The notes beneath the pieces are model-generated. The model was not told where the DNA came from, ran no database searches, and saw nothing but the letters and a program-made list of their open reading frames with translations. From NCBI GenBank assembly GCA_049317285.1, contig JBMOIO010000002.1, positions 15,312 to 79,311 of the forward strand: a stretch of 64,000 nt of DNA, given 5' to 3'. Shown here piece by piece: positions 10,674-19,839 of the stretch (position 1 is the first letter of the stretch; every line of letters begins with the position of its first letter). Source of the stretch: Minisyncoccia bacterium (GTDB taxonomy: Bacteria > Patescibacteriota > Minisyncoccia > Phycocordibacterales > UBA9973). The translations under genes were made by a program, and so were the position numbers.

Positions 10674-11039
10674 TTAAACTTTCATTCCGAAAAAACTCTG
10701 AAGTCTTTTCTTCCTCGCATAGAGATATCCTAGAACATTATATTCTCCAGGATATGATTTAGGACCCGATTTTTCATCACAATAAAGCTGGTATGAAGTC
10801 ACCCCCTCTTCATCAGATGAAACTTCTATAGAATTCTGCATACCGGGGCCAAATTTTCTACTGATCCTAATTTTTTCAATTTTTCCCGTTTCTTCGCATT
10901 GTTCAATAATTTCAAAATGATTCAATTCAGTAAAAGATACAATATCTCTAATATCTTCAGCAATTAATTTTATAAGCTTATTTTGCTTATAAATTACACT
11001 ACTAACGATACCTACTGTATTACTAAGTTCATCTATCAT
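10674..11039 (-). CDS. AT-rich hypothetical protein
   Basis: 121-aa ORF filling the rnhA-recJ gap; no recognisable motif. Confidence 0.5.
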   Translation of the reverse strand: MIDELSNTVGIVSSVIYKQNKLIKLIAEDIRDIVSFTELNHFEIIEQCEETGKIEKIRISRKFGPGMQNSIEVSSDEEGVTSYQLYCDEKSGPKSYPGEYNVLGYLYARKKRLQSFFGMKV

Positions 11040-11091
11040 AAGAGCTATAATTAAAAGGTTTAATTTCTCCCTTTATAGCACAAAGTTTACT

Positions 11092-12732
11092 CTAGAGCAC
11101 TTCTCTAATACGAAGTCGCACTCCGCTTCGGAAACCGGGTTCGAGGGTTGCGGTGAAAGAAATAATTTCGCCCGCGGCACACTGTGCACACAATTCATCG
11201 CTCGCAAAAAAGGTAAATGCTGTCATGTTCGCTGTAGCATCCTTCACCACGCATTCCAAATGCTCGCGGGTTTTGCCAAACTTCTTCGCGCTGACAATCG
11301 TTACATCTTTAAACAAAAACAGTGGCTCTGGGTTCCCTACGCCAAACGGCGCGAAGCGCCGAATCACCTGATGGTGGCGAGTAGTCGCAACAGCAAGCGG
11401 CACTTCTATTGGCGTATGCGCAATCACTGCTTTTTCGGTGTCCCCAACTTTAGCGATAGCAAGATTTAGGGATTCTTCCAAAAAGTGCACCTGGTCTTTA
11501 CTCACAGAAAACCCGCCCGCTGCCTGGTGCCCTCCCGCGTGGAGAATCGCGCCTTCAGGAAGCGCTTGAAACAAATACGCTGCGTGGTGGACTGCGATCA
11601 TCCGGCACGAACCCTTCAGCATTCCATCTCCTGCTTCACCCCACACAAAAAAGCTTCGCTCGTATGTTTCTTGAAGTTTATTTGCAACCAACCCTAAGAC
11701 TGCCGGGCGCCACGATGGGTCCCCTATTACTACAATAGCGGGTAGCTCGCGCGTCGAAAGCCGTGCATGCGCTTCTTTTACAATGCGCGCCACCAATAGC
11801 TTTCTTTCGTTGTTTATCTTGTCGAGTTCAGTAACGATAGTCATCGCCTCTGCTCGGTCCTCAGTTGCAAGCAAATTGAATGCGAGCATCGGGCTTCGCA
11901 TACGAGATGCAGCGTTCAGTCTCGGCGCGACAGTAAAGGTCAGATCTGTTTCTGAAAGCGTATCCATCATCAGTCCATTGTTTGCAAAAAGTGTTTTCAA
12001 GCCCACACGGCGGGTCTTCTTCATCACCATCATGCCGTAGGCGACGAGCAATCGGTTTTCAGCAGTCAACGGCACCATGTCCGAAAGTGTTGCAAAACCC
12101 ACCATGTCGAGGAGCCATTTTTCCCAGCCAGCCACTATGCCGTGGTCCTTTCCATATTTTTCTAAAAATGCGCGGACGAGCGTAAAGGCAACTCCGGCAC
12201 CGCAAAGGTCTTGATTTTCATAACTCCCTTTTGCCGGGTGCACCACCGCGTACGCTGCCGGATATTCTGGAAGCGGTGCATGGTGATCAGTCAGGATGAC
12301 ATCTATCCCACGACTCTGCGCGTCGGCAACTTCAGCGAGTGCGGTGATGCCGACATCCACCGTGAGCATCAATGTCACCCGCTGTTTTTGCAGTTCGTTG
12401 ATACCGAGCACACTCACACCATATCCTTCATCATGGCGGTCCGGAATATAGACGCGCACATAGTCTCCCACTCCAAGCGCTTTGAAAAAGTCCAGCAAAA
12501 TTACTGCAGCCGGAATACCATCGCAGTCATAGTCCGCATAAATGCCGATGAATTCTTTCGCATCCACAGCAGTCTTGATGCGCTTAACCGCACGTTCCAT
12601 ATCCTCAAATTTCCACACGTCGCCAAGGGTATATTCAGGAAAAAGAAAAGCTTGCTCCGCTTCTTTAGTAAGACCCATACGGGTAAGTAACATCGCCTGG
12701 AGTTCGTCCGGCGTGGGAGTAGTGGGTTCCAT
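11092..12732 (-). CDS. recJ: ssDNA exonuclease RecJ
   Basis: DYDCDG, TDHH, PRLNAASR and GGHQAAGG motifs. Confidence 0.96.
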   Translation of the reverse strand: MEPTTPTPDELQAMLLTRMGLTKEAEQAFLFPEYTLGDVWKFEDMERAVKRIKTAVDAKEFIGIYADYDCDGIPAAVILLDFFKALGVGDYVRVYIPDRHDEGYGVSVLGINELQKQRVTLMLTVDVGITALAEVADAQSRGIDVILTDHHAPLPEYPAAYAVVHPAKGSYENQDLCGAGVAFTLVRAFLEKYGKDHGIVAGWEKWLLDMVGFATLSDMVPLTAENRLLVAYGMMVMKKTRRVGLKTLFANNGLMMDTLSETDLTFTVAPRLNAASRMRSPMLAFNLLATEDRAEAMTIVTELDKINNERKLLVARIVKEAHARLSTRELPAIVVIGDPSWRPAVLGLVANKLQETYERSFFVWGEAGDGMLKGSCRMIAVHHAAYLFQALPEGAILHAGGHQAAGGFSVSKDQVHFLEESLNLAIAKVGDTEKAVIAHTPIEVPLAVATTRHHQVIRRFAPFGVGNPEPLFLFKDVTIVSAKKFGKTREHLECVVKDATANMTAFTFFASDELCAQCAAGEIISFTATLEPGFRSGVRLRIREVL

Positions 12733-12765
12733 AGAGCCATTATACCACGCTCTATTTTACCAACA

Positions 12766-12895
12766 TCCTGAAGAAAAATACCAATAGTCCTTGAGAACCG
12801 ACTAACGGAGGCTGTCTGAGCCGAGTTGGAACAAAAAATCAGCAGATTTTTATGTGTGCGGTTCGAGAGGAGCTATTGGTATTTTTTGAACAGGA
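12766..12895. mobile_element. MITE-like or long-hairpin element of about 130 bp
   Basis: Nested inverted repeats TCCTG/CAGGA, AAAAATACCAATAG (12774-12787)/CTATTGGTATTTTT (12873-12886) and GAACCG/CGGTTC; internal AAAATC-agca-GATTTT hairpin. Confidence 0.55.
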
Positions 12896-12911
12896 ACCCT
12901 ATAATAAAAGC

Positions 12912-13304
12912 ATGAACGACACTATATTTGGCAAAATTATCCGCGGAGAGATACCGGCGACAAAAGTCTACGAAGATGCCGACTGTTTGGCATTTATGGA
13001 TATCAACCCCGTTGCGAAAGGCCATGTACTGTTAATACCAAAAGCGCATTTCGTCTGGATGCAGGATGTTCCCGATGAGATTCTTGCACCCCTCTTTGTG
13101 CAAGCAAAGCGATTAATGACCGCTATGAAAGAATCTTTGGAGTGCGACTATGTACAAGTATCGGTCGTCGGAAAAGATGTTCCGCATTTTCATATCCACC
13201 TCATTCCTCGCTATATGGATGATGAATTGCACGGATGGCGCACCGGCACCTATGAAGAAGGAGAGGTAAACCACTTTGCAGAAAAAATAGCCACTGCACT
13301 GTAA
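12912..13304 (+). CDS. HIT family nucleotide hydrolase
   Basis: DTIFGKIIRGEIP, GHVLLIPK and HFHIHLIPR motifs. Confidence 0.95.
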   Translation: MNDTIFGKIIRGEIPATKVYEDADCLAFMDINPVAKGHVLLIPKAHFVWMQDVPDEILAPLFVQAKRLMTAMKESLECDYVQVSVVGKDVPHFHIHLIPRYMDDELHGWRTGTYEEGEVNHFAEKIATAL

Positions 13305-13340
13305 AATAAAAATTCCCAAGGTTTAAAAGCTTGGGAATTT

Positions 13341-14480
13341 TTATTTTAGCGCCTCTATGCCAGGAAGGGTTCCGTTTGCGAGATAGTCGAGGGTTGCTCC
13401 TCCGCCTGTTGAGACAAAGATTCGTTTTGAGGTAGTGTCAGTGAGAATTTTCTCGAGTGCAGCTCCGGTATCCCCGCCCCCAATGACTGCAGTCGCTTTT
13501 GAAGCAACAATTGCTTCAGCGAGAGAAACAGTTCCTTTCGTAAACCCTTTTTCATACCAGCCAGTCGGGCCGTTCCATACGACAAGCTTTGCCTTTTCTA
13601 TTTTTTCTGCAATGAGTGCAATACTCTGGGGACCGATATCAGCAATAATGTCGCCCGCTTCCACTTCGTCCGGTGTCAGCGTTACCTTTTTTGTACCTCG
13701 AGCGACAATAACATCAATTGGTAATAATAGTTTTGGATTACCTAAGAGCGGTTTAATCGCTTTGTCATATCCTTCTTCTACTACTGACTTCCCTACAAGA
13801 AATCCTGCTGTCTTGTAGAAATTATTTAAAATTGCTCCACCAATAACAACATTGTCCGCTGTTTCAGCAAAGCGTTTCAGAAGTGGAATTTTTGTACTGA
13901 ATTTTGCACCACCGAGAATAAAAAGAAAGGGGTGTTTTGGATTTTTGACCACCGAAGAAAGCGCTGTCACTTCGACTTGCAACTGCATTCCAGCATACGC
14001 TGTAAGGATTTTAGGGATACCAACGATTGACGCATGCTTTCGATGAGACACCGAGAACGCATCGTTTACATACGCGTCGCCATATGAGGCAAGCACTTTT
14101 GCAAAAGCCTGTTGAACCTTTTTGTCGCCAGTCTCTTCCCCCTCATACCGTCGAATATTTTCAAAAAGAATCACTGTCCCTTTTGGAACTTCTGCCACTA
14201 TTTCATGCGTTCGCTTGTCCGCAAGGTCGCTTGTAATAAACACTACTCTGTAGCGCTTTGAAAGAACTCTTGCGATAGGGCGCAAGCTTTCTGTACCGTC
14301 GCCTAAGTGCGCAAGAAGAATCGGAGCCCCTCCTTTTTTCAATACTGTATCAATAGTACGATACGACGCTTCTATACGGCGGGTGTCGGCAACTTTTCCG
14401 TTTTTTAGAGGAACATTAAAGTCCACACGAATCAGTACTCGCTTGTTTTTTATATTGGAAATTTTTTGCACTGAAATCAT
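13341..14480 (-). CDS. pgk: Phosphoglycerate kinase
   Basis: RVDFNVP, VNDAFSVSHRKHAS, GGAK, WNGP and STGGGA motifs. Confidence 0.97.
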   Translation of the reverse strand: MISVQKISNIKNKRVLIRVDFNVPLKNGKVADTRRIEASYRTIDTVLKKGGAPILLAHLGDGTESLRPIARVLSKRYRVVFITSDLADKRTHEIVAEVPKGTVILFENIRRYEGEETGDKKVQQAFAKVLASYGDAYVNDAFSVSHRKHASIVGIPKILTAYAGMQLQVEVTALSSVVKNPKHPFLFILGGAKFSTKIPLLKRFAETADNVVIGGAILNNFYKTAGFLVGKSVVEEGYDKAIKPLLGNPKLLLPIDVIVARGTKKVTLTPDEVEAGDIIADIGPQSIALIAEKIEKAKLVVWNGPTGWYEKGFTKGTVSLAEAIVASKATAVIGGGDTGAALEKILTDTTSKRIFVSTGGGATLDYLANGTLPGIEALK

Positions 14481-14493
14481 ATGTATTAAAAAG

Positions 14494-15246
14494 TTACTGC
14501 AGAGATTTTGCGAGTATGCCAAAGCGCTTTGCGTCGAGGCTCACCCGCCCCACCAAGAGCCCCTGCACGGTGCCTTCAACAACAAACTGTTTTGCATTGT
14601 GTTCGTTGACTGATCCGCCGTATAAAATGGTGATACCTGCTGCAAATTTTTCTCCATGAACATCGCGAATAAGTTTACGAATATAAATCACCATCTCTCG
14701 GCATTCGGCCGGTGTTGCTTCGCGCTTTGCATTTTTACCAATCGCCCAAATAGGCTCATACGCAATAACAATAGTCTTAAATGCAGCCTTTGATACACTT
14801 GAAAGGAGGAGGTCGAGCTGGTCTTTCACTATACTCAAATACCACCCCTGTGCATCGCGCTCGCGCTCTCCAATGCAAACGATCGGGGTGATTTTTTTCT
14901 CCAATAACCGCACTACCTGCGCCTGTACTATCTCGTTGGTTTCTCCGCGCTCCCGACTCTCGGAATGCCCGACAATGCAGTACTCGGCTCCTACCCCCTT
15001 TAGTTGAGCTGCACTGACCAAACCAGTATGAGGAGCTTCAGTTTCAACAGAAACACTCTGCGCTCCAACCATAAGCGGTACATGCGCAAGCTTGAGCACT
15101 GGGGCTAAGTGTACAAATGAAGGGCACACCACTACTTTCACCCCTTTTTTATAGGTGCGCGCAAAGAGTGCTGTTTTTTTTGCCAGTTCGAGTGCTTGTG
15201 CGAGCTTTTCGGGGGCCATTTTCCAGTTTCCGACCAGTAGTATCAT
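14494..15246 (-). CDS. tpiA: Triosephosphate isomerase
   Basis: GNWKM, GHSE, AYEPIWAIG and LYGGSV motifs. Confidence 0.97.
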   Translation of the reverse strand: MILLVGNWKMAPEKLAQALELAKKTALFARTYKKGVKVVVCPSFVHLAPVLKLAHVPLMVGAQSVSVETEAPHTGLVSAAQLKGVGAEYCIVGHSESRERGETNEIVQAQVVRLLEKKITPIVCIGERERDAQGWYLSIVKDQLDLLLSSVSKAAFKTIVIAYEPIWAIGKNAKREATPAECREMVIYIRKLIRDVHGEKFAAGITILYGGSVNEHNAKQFVVEGTVQGLLVGRVSLDAKRFGILAKSLQ

Positions 15247-15267
15247 GAGCGTAGTATAGCAGATTTT

Positions 15268-17043
15268 CTATATCTCTTTCCATGTCTCAATATTCCATGA
15301 CCCGCTCGGACCGCTTGAAAAATTCATATTGGCAAGCCCTGATTCATAGGTGACTGTTGTTGAACCGCTGAGTGTAATAGATCTGCCCGTTGCCTGTTTT
15401 GCTCGAGCGCTCCCACTAAAGGAAACAGTGCCGTTTTGTGCGACAAGAACAACCGCTCCTGCACTCCCACTAATATCGATTGCTCTTGCACCGCCACACG
15501 AAGAACTGATCGGGCAATCTGAAAGAGAGATGACTAAAATATAACTTCCCGCTGTCCCAGATCCGCTTACCGGCGAACTTCCAGCGATGGTCACAGTACC
15601 GTCCACAATGATAACTCCACTCGACGAGCCATAGGCGCTTGAAAGTCGTAAGATTCCTGAACCGTTCACTACCAAGTTTCCAGTGACCCATAGTGTACCA
15701 GTGACGTTGAGGATTCCACTCCCTCCAACCGTCAAGTTTCCATTGATTTTTTTAGGACCAATACTTTGTGTTGAAGAACCGCCAACAGAAACACTTGAAG
15801 AAGTCCCTCCGAGCAGTGCCTCTTCTTGCCACGCTTCAATATTACCGTCTGATACCGGCCACGCAGAGGGCGCAGGCACGGCTTGTGTGGTGTTGCAGGC
15901 TTTATTGTTCCCCGTACCGCTTTGGCAATACAAGGTACCAGGAGCAGTCACGTTATCAATAGTTTGCGCACTGGCGTTTCCGGTGCCACTTGTACCGATA
16001 CGCAGCCGATTGAACTGACTGTCGCCATAAATGCGCGATGTTTGTCCTCCGACATAAAGGGAAAAATAACTATCGAGTGTACTTGGCGTAGTGGCGGACC
16101 ATGTTGCGCCGTAGCGACCTATCTTTGTACTACCATTTGCATAGCCGTTCGTATTTGCACCCACTGTATAGTAGTTGGTTGAAGAATTGGCCGCATCGAT
16201 CACGAGCCAATAGGTGGTGCCGGGAGTAAGGCTTGGATTACTTGCGAACTGCACGTTTACCCACCCATACGCAGTTGTGACCAGGGACGCAGAAAGTGCA
16301 CCAGAAGCAATCGTAGTAGCTCCGGGAGACCCGGCTGTCTCTGAGACAATGCGAACCGTTGCATTTGCGGGAACACCAGTCTTTTTTATGTAAAACTGTA
16401 CCTTACTGATAGGAGTGTCAGTAGCAACTGTAAAACTTTGTGCGAGGTCTTGCGTAGCGGTCGCATTCCCAAAAATAATAGAAGACGGGGGTGTGCCAGT
16501 AGAGCCATTTGACTGCTCTGCAGTAAGCGCTTCCCCATTTGCGGCATATACAGAACCTGTCACAAAGGTGCTGGAAGTTCCGTACACATCTCCGTTTGAA
16601 TAAATACTACCGTTGATACCAGAACTCCCCGACATTGAAATCCCTCCAAGACCGACTTGTAAGCCATAGTTAAATGCAGCCCCAACGCCCTGTGAGACAA
16701 CCATGGACACTGTACGATTTCTGTCGCGTGCGTCCCCGACAGATTCAATCTGTTTCTGCCCACCCGAAAGATCCGTGACACTTGTTGTTGTTTCGCTTGT
16801 TCCGAGCACCAGCGTATCACTGCTTGAAACCTGCATTCCGCTTCGCAGACGGTACAGCACATCCTCTACACCGCTCTCTGCAATAAAATAACTCTGCTTG
16901 GACTGGAGCGAGTCTTCCGCAATGCGATTTGCGTGGAGTACTGGCACAACGAGACCAAGTGCAATAGAGAGCGAGAGTGCAACAAAAAGCACCATGGTAA
17001 TAATCAGAACACTTCCTTGTTTGTTGGAGATTGTTTTTTTCAT
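15268..17043 (-). CDS. PilX-like minor pilin or adhesin
   Basis: Class III-like leader KQG/SVLII, AESGVEDVLYRL, Ser/Gly/Thr-rich beta region, ends WKEI. Confidence 0.75.
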   Translation of the reverse strand: MKKTISNKQGSVLIITMVLFVALSLSIALGLVVPVLHANRIAEDSLQSKQSYFIAESGVEDVLYRLRSGMQVSSSDTLVLGTSETTTSVTDLSGGQKQIESVGDARDRNRTVSMVVSQGVGAAFNYGLQVGLGGISMSGSSGINGSIYSNGDVYGTSSTFVTGSVYAANGEALTAEQSNGSTGTPPSSIIFGNATATQDLAQSFTVATDTPISKVQFYIKKTGVPANATVRIVSETAGSPGATTIASGALSASLVTTAYGWVNVQFASNPSLTPGTTYWLVIDAANSSTNYYTVGANTNGYANGSTKIGRYGATWSATTPSTLDSYFSLYVGGQTSRIYGDSQFNRLRIGTSGTGNASAQTIDNVTAPGTLYCQSGTGNNKACNTTQAVPAPSAWPVSDGNIEAWQEEALLGGTSSSVSVGGSSTQSIGPKKINGNLTVGGSGILNVTGTLWVTGNLVVNGSGILRLSSAYGSSSGVIIVDGTVTIAGSSPVSGSGTAGSYILVISLSDCPISSSCGGARAIDISGSAGAVVLVAQNGTVSFSGSARAKQATGRSITLSGSTTVTYESGLANMNFSSGPSGSWNIETWKEI

Positions 17044-17044
17044 A

Positions 17045-17593
17045 TTATTGACTACGCAACAGCACGGTTGAATAAAATGACGCTGTTCTCACTACTCCGC
17101 CAGTTGTTGCGAGCGTGAGCTCTACTTTTACCCCCTCTCCGGCCGGTGTCGTAATTCGGCGGAACACCATAGCTGAGACAGTCACTTGGTTTGTCGAAAG
17201 AATACCAGTAGTACTGTTTTCGGTTATAGTTACTGCGCCATTAGAAACACCAAATACGACCGGTGTTCCAGCATTGAGAAGAGTAATAGCCCCGGGGTGC
17301 TGGCCAAATGTTCCACTCGAAATACTCTCGGCGTCGCGCACTTCGCGAGTAATTCGCTCAATAATGAGTTCTCCGTTGTTCTGTAGGCGCCGAAAGCTCG
17401 CGGCATTTGCATAGGTTCGCATCAGCACCACAAGCGAATGGACTAGTAGTACAGAAATCATCGCAAAGAGCGCAATATAAATCAGCAATTCAAGCAATGA
17501 GTACCCCGCAGCCCCCCTTCCTGAAAGGCGAGAGAGTTCATTGTTTTTTTTCCAGAAGGCGGACAACCCTTTGTTATTATGTCTATGCTTCAT
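17045..17593 (-). CDS. Type IV minor pilin (PilW-like)
   Basis: G/YSLLELLIYIALF prepilin motif, ERITREVRDA. Confidence 0.85.
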   Translation of the reverse strand: MKHRHNNKGLSAFWKKNNELSRLSGRGAAGYSLLELLIYIALFAMISVLLVHSLVVLMRTYANAASFRRLQNNGELIIERITREVRDAESISSGTFGQHPGAITLLNAGTPVVFGVSNGAVTITENSTTGILSTNQVTVSAMVFRRITTPAGEGVKVELTLATTGGVVRTASFYSTVLLRSQ

Positions 17594-17594
17594 A

Positions 17595-18128
17595 CTATTC
17601 TCTGATATTGCTTATATAAAATGCCAATGCCTTTGTCTGTGTTCCGGAAGATGCCGACCAGGAAACAGTGACTGTCACAAGCTTTGTCCCGGAGTCCAAG
17701 GTTCCGGTTGCAGAAATATCATCAGAGGCATCACGAGAAACAGCGGAGAGAACAACCGTGCGCGTAAAGCGGTCGACTACACCCGGAGTTTCCGTAAGTG
17801 TCCATACAGTCCCATTGTATGACAAATAGTAAGGAGTGCCTGGGGTAAGGGCGGCAATACTACTCCAGGACGCGTCACGAATCGATTTTGTTGCCTCGGC
17901 TCCCTCTTCAAGTAAGTACGACACTTGCGTACGCTCAAGTGCACGCTTCGAGACTTCAACCGTGTTTTGTATAGAGCCGATAAGGAGAATCAGCACCACC
18001 GCGATAATAGACGAGGCTATAATTACTTCTATAAGAAAAAATCCCGCCTTCGCCGCGCCATAGCCCGAAAGGGCGGAGGCGGGCTTTGTTCGGCTTCGGC
18101 GCGGCAAGCCGCGTGGATAAAAATTCAT
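17595..18128 (-). CDS. Type IV minor pilin (PilV-like)
   Basis: G/FFLIEVIIA prepilin motif, LEEGAEA. Confidence 0.85.
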   Translation of the reverse strand: MNFYPRGLPRRSRTKPASALSGYGAAKAGFFLIEVIIASSIIAVVLILLIGSIQNTVEVSKRALERTQVSYLLEEGAEATKSIRDASWSSIAALTPGTPYYLSYNGTVWTLTETPGVVDRFTRTVVLSAVSRDASDDISATGTLDSGTKLVTVTVSWSASSGTQTKALAFYISNIRE

Positions 18129-18136
18129 AAATCAAT

Positions 18137-18589
18137 TTAGTTTCTCGCAACAGTTCCGTTAGCAGTAACGGTAATAGTGCGGGTCGTGCTGCTTGGTAAT
18201 TGCAATTGCAGTGTACCATGCTGTGCAGTTGTTCCTCGCAATCGATCAAATGTTATTTCGGAGCCGCCACCAAAAAGCGCAACAGTTCCGAGTACTACTG
18301 GAGACTCGTAAAGAAAAATTTGATTCGTGCCGGACGTACTTTGATATGTTGATCCTTGAAAGAGGATTGCACGATCCGACTCGAAACGCACACCGTAGTT
18401 GGTGTTGTTAGTTCCTGCAAGTGTCTTTGCACGCGCTTCATTGATTACGGTGAGCACTGCATTGGTCGTATTTTGGAGCGCTTGTTCGCGTCTGAAACGG
18501 ATAACAGGGAGACTTATAACACCCACCAATACTGCGAGAATGGTCAGGACAATCAAAAGCTCGATAATAGTAAAACCTTTTGTGCTCAT
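18137..18589 (-). CDS. Type IV pilin (FimT/GspH-like)
   Basis: KG/FTIIELLIVL prepilin motif. Confidence 0.88.
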   Translation of the reverse strand: MSTKGFTIIELLIVLTILAVLVGVISLPVIRFRREQALQNTTNAVLTVINEARAKTLAGTNNTNYGVRFESDRAILFQGSTYQSTSGTNQIFLYESPVVLGTVALFGGGSEITFDRLRGTTAQHGTLQLQLPSSTTRTITVTANGTVARN

Positions 18590-18590
18590 A

Positions 18591-19796
18591 TTATTGAATA
18601 CTATCCATTAGCGAATACATTGGGGAGAGCATCGAGATTGCAAAAAATCCCACTGCCCCTCCGATAAAGATCATCAGTACCGGTTCAATAATAGTTGAAA
18701 GGTCTTTTGTTTTTGCATCAACTTCGGCTTCGTAAAATACAGCAATATCGAGAAGCATACTTGCAAGCTTCCCTGTTTCTTCCCCGACCGCCACCATCTC
18801 GCCGACCATCACCGGATAGAGATTCGTGTGCCGCTGCAGTACACTCGACATTGTTTCTCCCTTTTCGACCTGACTCTCAATTTCCGCAAGCACGGCCTTA
18901 TAGTAACTGTTTTGCAGCACATCCTTCGTAATACCGAGGGCCCGAGAAATACTCACTCCTGCAATCAGTAGGGATGAAAGGGTGCGGGCAGTGCGGGCGG
19001 CATTTACTTCCTGCACTAATACTCCCACAACTGGAATGCGAGTACTACTATAGTCTAAAAAGGTGCGAACTGCTGGGCGTTTCAGTGCGAAATACCCACC
19101 AGTCACTATCAGGGAAATACCAAGGAGGAGAAGGCCGATATGATTTGATATCATATCTGATACCCATACCACAATACGAGTTGAAGTAGGCAGATCCACA
19201 TTCAACTCCTTAAAGGTCTTTGTCAGTACAGGAACAATATAAATAAACATCAGTATGCCAATAATAAATATCGCGACAATAATAATTGCCGGATACATGA
19301 GTGCACTTTTGACCTTGCGGTTGAGATTGTAGCTCTTTTCAAGGTTCCCGCCGACCTCCATCAATGCTTCAGGTAATCCTCCTGACTCTTCTCCTGCCTT
19401 TACCATCGCAATAAAAAGACTTGAGAAAGTATTGGGGAACTTTGAAAGTGCGCTTGAAAAAGTCTCTCCATTATCAATACTTGCAATCAATGATTCAAAA
19501 ATTGTTTTAAAATAGCTGTTAGTGGTCTGTTTTTTCAAGACAACCAATGCTCGGGCAAGTGGAAGTCCTGCACGAAGCATGCCTGCGAGATTCTTTGTAA
19601 AAATAATCTTCTCACTGAGCTTAACCCGCTTCATCATACCGTCAAGCGTAAATGTTTTCTTCTTTTTTTCTACAACAGTGATAGGTGTAAGCCCCATCTC
19701 GCGCAGTGTAATTATCGCCTCGGTTTTACTGGACTCTTCTATCACCCCTTCGGTCATTGCGCCGGTTGCATTTCGAGCCGTATAAGAAAATACCAT
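18591..19796 (-). CDS. pilC: Type IV pilus platform protein PilC/GspF
   Basis: GEESGGL, SALMYP, GEETGKL and IIEPVLM motifs. Confidence 0.94.
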   Translation of the reverse strand: MVFSYTARNATGAMTEGVIEESSKTEAIITLREMGLTPITVVEKKKKTFTLDGMMKRVKLSEKIIFTKNLAGMLRAGLPLARALVVLKKQTTNSYFKTIFESLIASIDNGETFSSALSKFPNTFSSLFIAMVKAGEESGGLPEALMEVGGNLEKSYNLNRKVKSALMYPAIIIVAIFIIGILMFIYIVPVLTKTFKELNVDLPTSTRIVVWVSDMISNHIGLLLLGISLIVTGGYFALKRPAVRTFLDYSSTRIPVVGVLVQEVNAARTARTLSSLLIAGVSISRALGITKDVLQNSYYKAVLAEIESQVEKGETMSSVLQRHTNLYPVMVGEMVAVGEETGKLASMLLDIAVFYEAEVDAKTKDLSTIIEPVLMIFIGGAVGFFAISMLSPMYSLMDSIQ

Positions 19797-19839
19797 ACAG
19801 TCAGTGTAACAAGGAGTGGGGTACTATGCTACCAGAGTA

